This document shows, one piece after another, positions 45,777 to 54,972 of a stretch of 64,000 nt of DNA; positions within the stretch are counted from its first letter, which is position 1, and each line of letters starts with the position of its first letter. Both the position numbers and the translations under genes were made by a program. Under the pieces are notes generated by a model. It was given only the letters and a program-made list of their open reading frames with translations, was not told where the DNA came from and did no database searches. This DNA comes from an uncultured Myxococcales bacterium (lineage in GTDB: Bacteria; Myxococcota_A; UBA9160; UBA4427). The stretch spans positions 2,687-66,686 of the forward strand of contig CBFDDD010000013.1 in NCBI GenBank assembly GCA_965603475.1. The letters run 5' to 3'.

Positions 45777-46832
45777 ATGGCCTTCGAACAAGACAGGTCG
45801 ACTGTTCTGGGCGAGACGCGAGCTGATATCTGGATGCGTCGCGCAATATCCGTACCTGCCGTCTATCTAGGGTTCTTCGTGGTGATCGCCACGGCCCCGT
45901 TCTGGATTGTAATTGCCCTTTGTGTCGATTTAGCGAATGCGTTTCGGACGACCACGGTACGGACCGGGCTATTTCTGGCTGTCTACCTGGGCTGCGAGGT
46001 CATCGGAGTCGCTGCGAGCTTGATTTTCTGGGTAATCAACGCGATTCACAGAACCTCCGCGGTGGAAGCCAAAAAATATTATCGCCGACACCTCATGCTG
46101 CAGCGTTGGTGGGCCGGAACCTTGCTGCGAGTTGCCATTCGGCTCTTTCGCCTGAAGATTCGAGCTGCGGGATGCGAAGTTCTCGATACTCCAATGATCT
46201 TGATGATCCGGCACGCGAGCATTGCGGATGCGTTGTTAGCGAACGAGTTCATTGGCGTTCCCCACGGTATTCATCTTCGTTATGTCATGAAGCGCGAGCT
46301 ACTGATCGATCCATGCCTTGATATTGTTGGTCACCGCCTGCCCAACTATTTTGTTGACCGAGATTCGGACGACCCGACAGGCAAACTCGCCGGAATGGTC
46401 AAGCTCCTTTCTGGTCTGCGGGAAGACGAGGGTGTGTTGATCTATCCCGAGGGCACGCGATTCACAGAAAAGAAACGTGAGCGGATTATCGAACGCCTTT
46501 CGGAGCAAGGGAAACTTGAAATGGCCGCCCGCGCCCGCGCGCTGCGACATACTCTGCCCCCGAGGCTCGGCGGATCACTTGCGTTGCTCGAGGCGAACCC
46601 GGGACTTGACGTGGTCTTCTGTGCACATACCGGATTCGAGGCTGCCGGTAAGCCCACGGACTTGTCCAATGGCTCGATGCTGGATCGCGAGATAGCCGTG
46701 CGGTTCTGGCGAGTACCTCTGGACGAGATTCCAATCGACGCATCTGCGCGCAGTGCCTGGCTTTTTGATCACTGGCAGAAGATCGACGACTGGATCGATG
46801 TGAACAGGGTTCGGGCCGGACGGAGTCGGTGA
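45777..46832 (+). CDS. PlsC-family lysophospholipid acyltransferase
   Basis: HX4D motif in MIRHASIADA and the YPEGTR block. N-terminal TM helices. Confidence 0.8.
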   Translation: MAFEQDRSTVLGETRADIWMRRAISVPAVYLGFFVVIATAPFWIVIALCVDLANAFRTTTVRTGLFLAVYLGCEVIGVAASLIFWVINAIHRTSAVEAKKYYRRHLMLQRWWAGTLLRVAIRLFRLKIRAAGCEVLDTPMILMIRHASIADALLANEFIGVPHGIHLRYVMKRELLIDPCLDIVGHRLPNYFVDRDSDDPTGKLAGMVKLLSGLREDEGVLIYPEGTRFTEKKRERIIERLSEQGKLEMAARARALRHTLPPRLGGSLALLEANPGLDVVFCAHTGFEAAGKPTDLSNGSMLDREIAVRFWRVPLDEIPIDASARSAWLFDHWQKIDDWIDVNRVRAGRSR

Positions 46833-46988
46833 CGATTCCTTCAGCGAATGGTATCTGTTTCCTGGTGGGGATAAGGTCGTCAAGCGCTGTGTCAATCTTT
46901 GCGTCTCGGGTTCGCCTGGGTCGTGGACGCTAAAATGGGAGCAAAGGCGACATTGCTGATTGCGGCCGCCGATGGGAGACCAAGAATT

Positions 46989-47549
46989 ATGCTGCAGCCC
47001 GATCTGCTCCGACGTTCCTTGCGCCTGGTCGGAGCGCTCCTTGCGAGTGGGCTGCTCTTCGCCTGTCAAACTCCCTATGAGCGGCGTGATCCGACCGGCG
47101 AAGTATTTCCTTCGGTCTCGGGGACATCGCTCAATGGCGAGGTGACGTCCTTGCCCCAGTCACTTGCGGGCGAGCCGGCACTCCTTCTGATCGGCTTCGA
47201 GCAGGACAGTCAATTCGATCTCGACCGCTGGGCGCTGGGTCTCTGGCAGAGTGGTTTTGCGTTGCCGGTCATAGAGGTTCCGACGATTCCCGGCATTGTG
47301 CCGCGCGTCATTTCGGATCGCATCGACAGCGGAATGCGAAGTGGAATTCCGATGGAAGATTGGGCGAGCGTCATTACGGTCTATCGTGATGCCGATGCCA
47401 TCGTGCGATTCACTGGCAACGAGAACCCACGTCCGGGCCGCGTTCTGCTTCTCAATGCAGCGAGTCAGGTTACGTATTTTCACGATCGGGGCTACTCGAC
47501 GGGAGCGCTGGCGCGACTCATCGAAGCAGTCGGGCAGCTCGGGAAATAG
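46989..47549 (+). CDS. hypothetical lipoprotein
   Basis: From ATG 46989: MLQPDLLRRSLRLVGALLASGLLFAC (lipobox). Confidence 0.6.
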   Translation: MLQPDLLRRSLRLVGALLASGLLFACQTPYERRDPTGEVFPSVSGTSLNGEVTSLPQSLAGEPALLLIGFEQDSQFDLDRWALGLWQSGFALPVIEVPTIPGIVPRVISDRIDSGMRSGIPMEDWASVITVYRDADAIVRFTGNENPRPGRVLLLNAASQVTYFHDRGYSTGALARLIEAVGQLGK

Positions 47550-47930
47550 GCAAAACAAGGCCCCTTTTTCGGCACTACCAACAGAAAATGTTCCTGTAAA
47601 TAGACGTCGGGGCGAGCAGATTATCCGTTGGCTACTGCGGTGTCCTCTGCGCGCGCTTCGCTTCGACCTGCATACGCAGCGTAGTGAGAGCCCTGGGCCC
47701 TGGTGCGCCGTCCCCAACGAGCTCCGCGAGAAGCAACGTAAACCCGTGAGCGAGTCCCAGCACGACGCGCCCGCCCTCGACGAACGTTAGTACTGGCACC
47801 CGAGTGAGCTTCTCGGTGAGGGCCGTCTAATACTTCCGCTGTCGCAGGCAATCCGCAGCCTCTAGAGTCGCCGCCGCGCGGAAGCGCAGGGGGACTTTGT
47901 CTCAATCGGACCCAATCTTGAGTCCACGTC

Positions 47931-49685
47931 TCATTCTGCGAGGCCGAGCCGACTCAGGATCGAGACAAAGCGCGACTCGGAACGATACTCGGAGAACGCC
48001 GAATCCGGAGCAATCACGATCGCGATCGCTCCCGCCCCCTTCCCCACTCCTTGCTCCAGGCACTCGTACATCGGTTCCGGATCTTTGAGCAGCGCGAATG
48101 TCATCGCGGCGAGGTCCGGCCGGTCCGTGCACGGCCGCTTCGTTTCGGCGATCCGCATATCGAGCGCCCGTCTCATGAGTTCGTCGATCCCACCGTTTTG
48201 ATAGGCGACTCGGAGCGTCGCTGTGTCCTGCCCCGGGAACCATCCGAACTTTTCCGGTTCCTTGCCGAGCGCAACATTCGCAAGGACCATATACAGGCGT
48301 GCCAGGGGTACGTCGGGATACAGTTTCAGCGCCTTGGCCATCCACTCGGATGCCCGTTTGTACTCGCCCCGATAAAAGTGAGTTCGGCCGACCTCGCGAT
48401 TGATGATGGGCGCCAGGGGATCCAGTTCCAGGGCCTTCGTCATCTGGACCTGCGCGTCCTCGATCCGACCAATCGTTCGCAAGAAGAGCGCGTAGAAGAG
48501 ATGCGCGGTGGCGTAGCCGGGACTGAGGCGAAGCGCTTCGCGATATTCGGCCTCCGCCTCTGCCCAGCGCCATCGCGTCATCTGTATATAGCCGAGAGAC
48601 GCGTGTGCTTCGCCACTGTTGGCGTCGAGGGCGAGTGCGCGCCGGGCTGCGACCTCCGCCTTGGCGAGTGACGTGACATCTTCCTCGTAGGCGTAGATGA
48701 ATGCAAGCACGTGAGCGTCCGCGAATCCCACATAGGCCAGCTGGAAGTTCGGATCGATGGCGAGCGCACGCTCGAAGTAGCGGACGGCCTCCCGAAGATC
48801 CTCCTTGGTTCGGTGGCTCAAGAAATGTCGCCCCGTCAGGTACAAATCGTAGGCGCGGACGTCGCCCGTCGTGCTCCTGACAAGCGGCTCGCTTCCGACG
48901 AGTTGGACCTTCAGCGCGTCGACCGTGGCGCGCGCAATCTCCTCCTGGATCGCGAACACGTCATCGAGCTTGCGGTCGAAGGTATCGGACCAGAGTTCGA
49001 AGCCATCTGACACACGGATGAGTTGCGCTGTGATGCGAAGCCGATCACCCGACTTGCGTACGCTGCCCTCGACGACCGCGCCGACGCCGAGCTGCTCGCC
49101 AATCGTCTGGATGTCTTCGTTTCTTCCCTTGAATGTGAAGGCGGAAGTCCGGGCGGTCACGCGCAGTTCGTCGACTTTCGAGAGGCCGCCCATGATCTCC
49201 TCGGCGATTCCGTCGCCGAAGTATTCCTGGTCTCGCGCCGGACTCATGTCCGCGAAGGACAAGACCGCAATGGTTCGGATGGGCGGAGCCTCGTCTGGCG
49301 CGATCTCCATATCCGGTCCGAACAGCGCCATGCCGAGGGCCAGAACCAGCACACCGATGATGGCGAAATCGATCCGACGATGGCCTCGAAGCCGCGCGAC
49401 TGCCTGACCCGGGTCGTCCGGGGTGCGAACCACGCCCGCTGCCGTCCAGTCGAAGAGCCAGCCCACGACGAGTGCGACGGGGAAGCCGAGGGCAACGGCG
49501 ATGATCAGGATTCTCAGGGAGCCGCCGGGAAGACCCAACGCGTCGAAAGTCGTCTCGCCGATCTGAATCAGGAGCCAGCCTGCCACCGCGTACATGGCGC
49601 CAACCCGGAAGACATTGCGCCGCTTCAACTCTTCGAAGAGGCCGGACTGCGGGTCGTTCATTCTTCGAGGCCCGCCAAAACGCAT
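47931..49685 (-). CDS. membrane-anchored TPR-repeat protein
   Basis: N-terminus LFEELKRRNVFRVGAMYAVAGWLLIQI with a TM helix. The C-terminal half carries multiple TPR-like AxxxYxxALxLxP repeats. Confidence 0.8.
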   Translation of the reverse strand: MRFGGPRRMNDPQSGLFEELKRRNVFRVGAMYAVAGWLLIQIGETTFDALGLPGGSLRILIIAVALGFPVALVVGWLFDWTAAGVVRTPDDPGQAVARLRGHRRIDFAIIGVLVLALGMALFGPDMEIAPDEAPPIRTIAVLSFADMSPARDQEYFGDGIAEEIMGGLSKVDELRVTARTSAFTFKGRNEDIQTIGEQLGVGAVVEGSVRKSGDRLRITAQLIRVSDGFELWSDTFDRKLDDVFAIQEEIARATVDALKVQLVGSEPLVRSTTGDVRAYDLYLTGRHFLSHRTKEDLREAVRYFERALAIDPNFQLAYVGFADAHVLAFIYAYEEDVTSLAKAEVAARRALALDANSGEAHASLGYIQMTRWRWAEAEAEYREALRLSPGYATAHLFYALFLRTIGRIEDAQVQMTKALELDPLAPIINREVGRTHFYRGEYKRASEWMAKALKLYPDVPLARLYMVLANVALGKEPEKFGWFPGQDTATLRVAYQNGGIDELMRRALDMRIAETKRPCTDRPDLAAMTFALLKDPEPMYECLEQGVGKGAGAIAIVIAPDSAFSEYRSESRFVSILSRLGLAE

Positions 49686-49984
49686 TGGAGAATATCGGCC
49701 CCGGCGTGGAGCCCGCCGATAGCGATCATTCAGTCAATTAGGCTCGGAGGGAGGCAACCTGGCCACTTCCGGGCGACTCACCGCCCCTCATCATGCGCAT
49801 CATGCTGAACGCAGATAGGAATTTCAAGCAGCGTTTTCCGTAGCGCCGTCGAGTCCTCAGCCGAGCCTGCCAATCGATCCGTTCATTCGTGAAGCGAGCG
49901 ATCGCGGCACCCTACGTGGGACGCATCGAGCCCCGGATCGTCTTAGAGAGTCTCTGGTGCTTCGCCAGAAGCGCGATTCGAGCA

Positions 49985-51313
49985 TCAGGCGTGGTAGAGC
50001 TCCCGGGCGCGCGTCCGGAGCATGTCTCGGAAATCCGGATGGGCAATCTCGCAGAGCGCACGCGCTCGTTCTTGAACGGTCTTCCCGCGAAGTTCTGCAT
50101 GGCCGAACTCGGTCACGACGAAGTCGACATAGGTGCGGGGGACGGTGACCGGCGTCCCGGATTCGAGAGTCGGGACGATTCGCGTGACCCGGGAACCGCC
50201 GCCGGTGCTCGGAACGGAACTCGAGGGAACCACACTGATCGACTTCCCGTTTGGGGAATACGCCCCCGCGAGCATGAAGACGGTTTGGCCGCCGACTCCG
50301 GTATAGGGCCGATGATCGAACGCTTCGGCTGAGACCTGACCCGTCAAGTCCACGACCATTGCGTTGTTCACCGCGACGAAGCTATCGAGCTGGATTAGTC
50401 GGCGCAGATCGTCGGTGTGCCCGAAGTCGTAGAGTTCGAAGGCCGGGTTCTCATGAATCTTCTGGAGCTCGTCGTGTTGCATGGAGACGAGCGCGCTTCC
50501 GACTACTTTCCCTCGGTGAATCTCCTTGCGGAGCCCCGTGACATTCCCACGTTCAACGAGGTCCGCGATCCCGCCAGTCACGAGCTCCGTCTGGATTCCG
50601 AGATCGTTTCGAAAATCGAGAAACTGCGCCAAAGAAGCAGACACCGTCCCGACCCCCATCTGGAGGGTGTCGCCATCGTTGACCAGTTCGACGGCGACGG
50701 TCGTGCAGATCGCTTCGACCTGGGAAATTTCCTCCTCACTCGGGGGCGGAGACACCGTCGCACCGATTTGCGCCTCACCCTCCACGAAGAGATCGATCTC
50801 GTCCATGTGGATGTAGTTTTCACCGCCGGTCCGGATGAAGTCTTCCTGGACTTCGGCAAGTACCAGCTTCGCCGCGCGGGCTGTCGTCGGCGACATCCAG
50901 ACGCCTGGCCCAAAGCTGCACATCCCGCGAGCGTCAGGAGGCGATACGGGAACCAGGAAAACATCCGGAGTAGGATTCAGACCGTCGGGAAGCTCATAGC
51001 TTCGATAGAGTCCAATTGGCAGGTAGTCGCTTCGGCCCGCGTGACAGGCAGCGCGATTGGCGACCGTTGCGTAGTTGTCGCGTAGTCTGAAGACCCCTTC
51101 CAGCTCGGGATCCGTCCAGCAGAAGGCAGAAGCGAGGTGATCGATTCGAACGTTCTCGAGGCCCCCTTTTCGGCCCCGATCGGCCAGCCCCTTGCAGAGC
51201 GTCATCGGGCTACATGTGAAAGGAGAGGCCGCGACGGTCTGGCCGGATTCGACTCGGCTGACCGCTGCTTCGAGGGACACCAACTTTGCGCCGAGTCGAT
51301 CTCGCCAGTGCAT
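49985..51313 (-). CDS. acetyl-CoA hydrolase/transferase family protein (4-hydroxybutyrate CoA-transferase-like)
   Basis: 442 aa. ...SGQTVAASPFTCSPMTL... and GGQTVFMLAGAYSPNGKSI blocks resemble this family. Confidence 0.8.
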   Translation of the reverse strand: MHWRDRLGAKLVSLEAAVSRVESGQTVAASPFTCSPMTLCKGLADRGRKGGLENVRIDHLASAFCWTDPELEGVFRLRDNYATVANRAACHAGRSDYLPIGLYRSYELPDGLNPTPDVFLVPVSPPDARGMCSFGPGVWMSPTTARAAKLVLAEVQEDFIRTGGENYIHMDEIDLFVEGEAQIGATVSPPPSEEEISQVEAICTTVAVELVNDGDTLQMGVGTVSASLAQFLDFRNDLGIQTELVTGGIADLVERGNVTGLRKEIHRGKVVGSALVSMQHDELQKIHENPAFELYDFGHTDDLRRLIQLDSFVAVNNAMVVDLTGQVSAEAFDHRPYTGVGGQTVFMLAGAYSPNGKSISVVPSSSVPSTGGGSRVTRIVPTLESGTPVTVPRTYVDFVVTEFGHAELRGKTVQERARALCEIAHPDFRDMLRTRARELYHA

Positions 51314-51378
51314 TCGTAGAATTGCTCCCTCGTATTCGCTTCAAGATTGGACCGGTGCGCGGTCGTCGCATCTACGTT

Positions 51379-51423
51379 GCCAGAAGTTGCCAGAAGTCCC
51401 CAGAAGTCCCCAGAAGTCCGCAG
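51379..51423. repeat. 4.5 tandem copies of a 10-bp unit (SCCAGAAGTY)
   Basis: gccagaagtt gccagaagtc cccagaagtc cccagaagtc cgcag. It abuts the gltA stop (51424) and lies 66 nt upstream of the CoA-transferase start (51313). Confidence 0.9.
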
Positions 51424-52701
51424 TCAGCGTTCGTCCAGCGGCACCCAGGCTCGCGCGGTCTCTCCCGTGTAGATCTGCCGGGGGCGAGCGATGCGAGTGC
51501 CAGGCTGGTTTCGCTGCTCGAGCCAGTGCGCGATCCAGCCAGGTAGGCGCCCGAGCGCAAACATCACTGTAAACATATCTGTCGGAATGCCCATCGCGCG
51601 ATACAAGACGCCACTGTAGAAGTCGACGTTTGGGTAGAGATTGCGCTCGATGAAGTAGCTATCTGCGAGCGCTACTTCCTCGAGTCGCTTGGCAATCTCG
51701 AGCAGAGGGTCGTCCACTCCGAGGTTCGCGAGAACCTCGTCCGCCGCCTCCTTCAGAATACGGGCGCGCGGATCGAAGCTCTTGTAGACCCGGTGGCCGA
51801 AGCCCATCAGCCTGAAGTCCGAATCCTTTGACTTGGTCAGATCGACGTATTTCTGGAAGTTCGAGCCGTCCTGCCGAATGACTTCCAGCGTCTCGATGAC
51901 GGCCTGATTCGCCCCACCGTGGAGCCGTCCCCAGAGCGCACTGATTCCCGCGGAGATCGACGCATAGAGATTCGCGCCGCTGCTTCCGACCGTGCGGACG
52001 GTCGTGGTACTGCAGTTCTGTTCGTGGTCGGCGTGTAGGATCAGGAGCTTGTTGAGCGCACGCTGGACCACCGGATTCACTTCGTACGGCTCGCTGGGCA
52101 AGGTGAACATCATGAGAAGAAAATTCTGGAGGTACGAACGATCGTTCCGTGGATAGATGAAGGGCTGCCCGATCGATTTCTTGTACGCGAATGCTGCGAG
52201 CGTCTTGGCTTTCGCGAGCAGGCGAATGATATTGAGGTCGATCTCTTCCGGCGTTTCGTCCTCGGGATAGTAGGCGGAGAGCGACGCGACCATCGCAGAA
52301 AGAATCACCATCGGATGCGCAGAATGCGGAAGTCCCTCGAAGAAGAGTTTCATATCCTCGTGAACGAGCGAATGGCGCGTGAGTCGCGTACGAAAACCCT
52401 CGCGCTCCGGCCGTGTCGGCAGGCGACCGTAGATCAGCAGGTGGCAGACCTCGGGAAAGCTCGCGTACTCCGCAAGATCCGCGATGTCGTAGCCCCGGTA
52501 GCGCAGAATCCCCTGCTCGCCGTCGATGTAGGTGATGGCGCTTTCGCACGCGCCCGTGTTGGCAAAGGAAGGATCGAGTGTGATGGCTCCCGTTTGCGCG
52601 CGGAGCTTCGAGATATCGATTCCGACTTCGCCCTCGCTACCCACACTGACCGGTAGCTCCGTCTCCTTCGAATCCAGTACGAGTCTGGCCGTGTTTGTCA
52701 T
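51424..52701 (-). CDS. gltA: citrate synthase
   Basis: From ATG 52701: MTNTARLVLDSKETELPVSVGSEG...ITYIDGEQGILRYRGYDI...LHADHEQNCST...GFGHRVYK..DPR. Confidence 0.95.
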   Translation of the reverse strand: MTNTARLVLDSKETELPVSVGSEGEVGIDISKLRAQTGAITLDPSFANTGACESAITYIDGEQGILRYRGYDIADLAEYASFPEVCHLLIYGRLPTRPEREGFRTRLTRHSLVHEDMKLFFEGLPHSAHPMVILSAMVASLSAYYPEDETPEEIDLNIIRLLAKAKTLAAFAYKKSIGQPFIYPRNDRSYLQNFLLMMFTLPSEPYEVNPVVQRALNKLLILHADHEQNCSTTTVRTVGSSGANLYASISAGISALWGRLHGGANQAVIETLEVIRQDGSNFQKYVDLTKSKDSDFRLMGFGHRVYKSFDPRARILKEAADEVLANLGVDDPLLEIAKRLEEVALADSYFIERNLYPNVDFYSGVLYRAMGIPTDMFTVMFALGRLPGWIAHWLEQRNQPGTRIARPRQIYTGETARAWVPLDER

Positions 52702-52849
52702 GCCCGGAAGAATGCCACGCGCGACCGCAAGTTGCGAGCGGGTGTCGGATACTTGGGCCTCGATGCGCTCCTCGACGAGGCCGCTGGAGACGACGCGCCC
52801 ACGCAGCTCGTCTACGAACGGGAAAATGTCCGGCACAGAGTCGAGTTCG

Positions 52850-52978
52850 CGCGAACTCTCCAACCGGAAGATCGGTGAGGTCCTCGGGATCTCGGCGGGC
52901 ACGGTCAAGACACACGTCGCCGCGTAGCTCGAGATCCTTGACGTATCCAATCGCACCGAGGTCACCCTGGATGCACAT
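52850..52978 (+). pseudogene. remnant of a LuxR/GerE-type HTH, interrupted by an in-frame TAG
   Basis: RELSNRKIGEVLGISAGTVKTHVAA[TAG]LEILDVSNRTEVTLDAH matches the GerE consensus (SN.EIA..L.IS..TVK.HV..I..KL.V.NRT.A). No receiver or N-terminal part precedes it. It sits in the gltA upstream region. Confidence 0.45.
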
Positions 52979-53052
52979 AGTCAACGAAGCTACTATTCCT
53001 CTTCCTCCACTCTCAAGTCAGAGTACTGAAACCACCCGGGAGAACGATTTCC

Positions 53053-53337
53053 ATGAGACTCGCGATCGCCCTGCTTCTCGCTGCCTTCCTGATCGGATGC
53101 AGCACCACCTACTATCAGGTTCGGGATCCGAGTTCGGGGCAAACCTACTACACGACCGAGATTGAAGAGGAGAAGGGTGGCGCCGTCTCGTTGAAGGACC
53201 ACCGTACGAATGCCCAGGTGACGATCCAGAATTCGGAAGTGATGGAGATGACCCCGGACCAGTACGACGCAGCGATTCGAACGGTCGCTGCGCCTCCGGC
53301 GCCGCCCGAAACCACGGAGAACGAGTCGACTCCCTGA
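53053..53337 (+). CDS. small lipoprotein
   Basis: MRLAIALLLAAFLIGCSTT has a clear lipobox. Confidence 0.7.
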   Translation: MRLAIALLLAAFLIGCSTTYYQVRDPSSGQTYYTTEIEEEKGGAVSLKDHRTNAQVTIQNSEVMEMTPDQYDAAIRTVAAPPAPPETTENESTP

Positions 53338-53357
53338 TCGAGCGCCAGTCGTTCGGG

Positions 53358-54932
53358 CTACGCTCCGAACGCGCGCAAGGCACGAAGCACGACGCCGGGA
53401 TCTCGATAGCCGCGGTAGATCGGCGTGACTGCCCGAGGCAAATCGAGCAGATGGTAGACCGCCGTCTGGGCCGTACGTACCGAATACTCCACGGTAAAGA
53501 TGGTGTCGTCGGCCAGCTCACAGAATTGTCCCAGAAACGCGAAGTTGGAAACACCGGCAGGAATCACGGCGGGTCGGTCTCCAGCTGCCCTCGGCATGAA
53601 CTGGCTCGTAATGAACGGCATCATGCACGGTATGCAGTTGGACCCCGCCAGAATTCGATCACTCGCCTCACCCACCGGTAGATGAAATAACAGCTCCTGC
53701 AGGATCTCTTTCCCGCTGCACTCCGTCATAGGTTTCGCGATGAAGTCGCCGGGCCGACCGGGCCTCAAGGCATAGCCCCAGAACACCTGAACGCGTTCGG
53801 GCTGGTTCAGAAAATGGGGTTGATGGGCGAGGACCACGGAGATGCGCCAGTTGGAATCCTTGATCGTGACCAGGCCTCCCGTGCCCGCGCGATTGCCCGT
53901 AAACCGTTCCATGAACGCAAAGAAGGTCGGTTCCTGCAGCGTGACGGTAAACGATTCCCAGAAGGTTCTTTCGATATCGTCGCAGAATACCTGCGGGCGT
54001 CCGAAATGTTCAGAATGCGCCGCGATCTTCCGCCATAGGGCCCAGCTTCCATTAGGCGACTCGGACTTCAATCGCGGCGCTTCCTCCATCGAACCGAGCG
54101 AGGAGTCTGCGGTCATCGATCCCAAAGTGATCAGCACCAGGTCCTGCTCTCCGACGTCGATGCGCTCCGGGCCATTCGCGCCATCGAACGCTATTGCAGT
54201 CGCCGTGGACGCTGATTCGTCGTCGGCGAAACGAATATTCGTCACGAGAGTGTCGCTACGCATCTCGACGCCGGCATCACTCAGCCAGCGCAGCAGCGGT
54301 AGGACCAATGAATCGTACTGATTCAGTGGCGTCCGCATGATTCCTTCGAGCCGATTGAAGCCGGGGAGCAGATGCATAAAGCGGCGCGTGTAGCGTCGGA
54401 ACTCGACCAGGCTGTGCCAGGGTTGAAAGGCGAACATCGTGGACCACATGAGCCAGAAATTCGTTTCAAAGAAGGCGCAGTTGAAGTAGCTGTCGATGGT
54501 TCTGACACCGATGGTGGATTCGCCGAGTAGCGTCAGTCGCGCGAGGTCCCATTTATCACGAAAACTAAGACCGAACTCCGGCGCCTCTAGTTTCTGTCCA
54601 CCAACGACCAGACGACTTTTCGATGAACTCGAAACATGACGATTGAATGCATGGATCTCCTCGCTGACCGACTGGCCGTCGCTCGTTAGAGACGGGATGC
54701 CGCTAAACAGATCGTAGGTGCAGGAAAAATGCGCCTCGAACATTCGACCACCGCGAATGACGTAACCCGATTGCGGATCGCCAGCGCCATCGAGACTGCC
54801 GCCGAACCTGTCAGACTCTTCCAGGACATGGATACAGTCGCCGCGAAAGCCTCCCTCGCGAATCAGGAGCGCCGCGGCCGCCAACCCGGCGATACCGCCA
54901 CCAACGAGGTACGCGTGGCGGTCAGCGGACAT
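53358..54932 (-). CDS. oleate hydratase (MCRA family, FAD-dependent)
   Basis: AYLVGGGIAGLAAAALLIREG...GGSLDG......GYVIRGGRMFE..F.CTYDLFSGIPS is typical of MCRA/oleate hydratases. Confidence 0.8.
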   Translation of the reverse strand: MSADRHAYLVGGGIAGLAAAALLIREGGFRGDCIHVLEESDRFGGSLDGAGDPQSGYVIRGGRMFEAHFSCTYDLFSGIPSLTSDGQSVSEEIHAFNRHVSSSSKSRLVVGGQKLEAPEFGLSFRDKWDLARLTLLGESTIGVRTIDSYFNCAFFETNFWLMWSTMFAFQPWHSLVEFRRYTRRFMHLLPGFNRLEGIMRTPLNQYDSLVLPLLRWLSDAGVEMRSDTLVTNIRFADDESASTATAIAFDGANGPERIDVGEQDLVLITLGSMTADSSLGSMEEAPRLKSESPNGSWALWRKIAAHSEHFGRPQVFCDDIERTFWESFTVTLQEPTFFAFMERFTGNRAGTGGLVTIKDSNWRISVVLAHQPHFLNQPERVQVFWGYALRPGRPGDFIAKPMTECSGKEILQELLFHLPVGEASDRILAGSNCIPCMMPFITSQFMPRAAGDRPAVIPAGVSNFAFLGQFCELADDTIFTVEYSVRTAQTAVYHLLDLPRAVTPIYRGYRDPGVVLRALRAFGA

Positions 54933-54972
54933 GCTTGTCGAGTGTCAGGCTCATGTATCCATAATAGCCGGA

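Noticed and set aside
47632-47826. Protein-like minus-strand frame TALTEKLTRVPVLTFVEGGRVVLGLAHGFTLLLAELVGDGAPGPRALTTL... downstream of the TPR gene
   Set aside because: It vaguely resembles the C-terminal strand-helix of alpha/beta hydrolases. However, it is preceded by an in-frame TAG, has no ATG start and lacks the catalytic His. At best it is a decayed fragment, and I cannot support it without a search.
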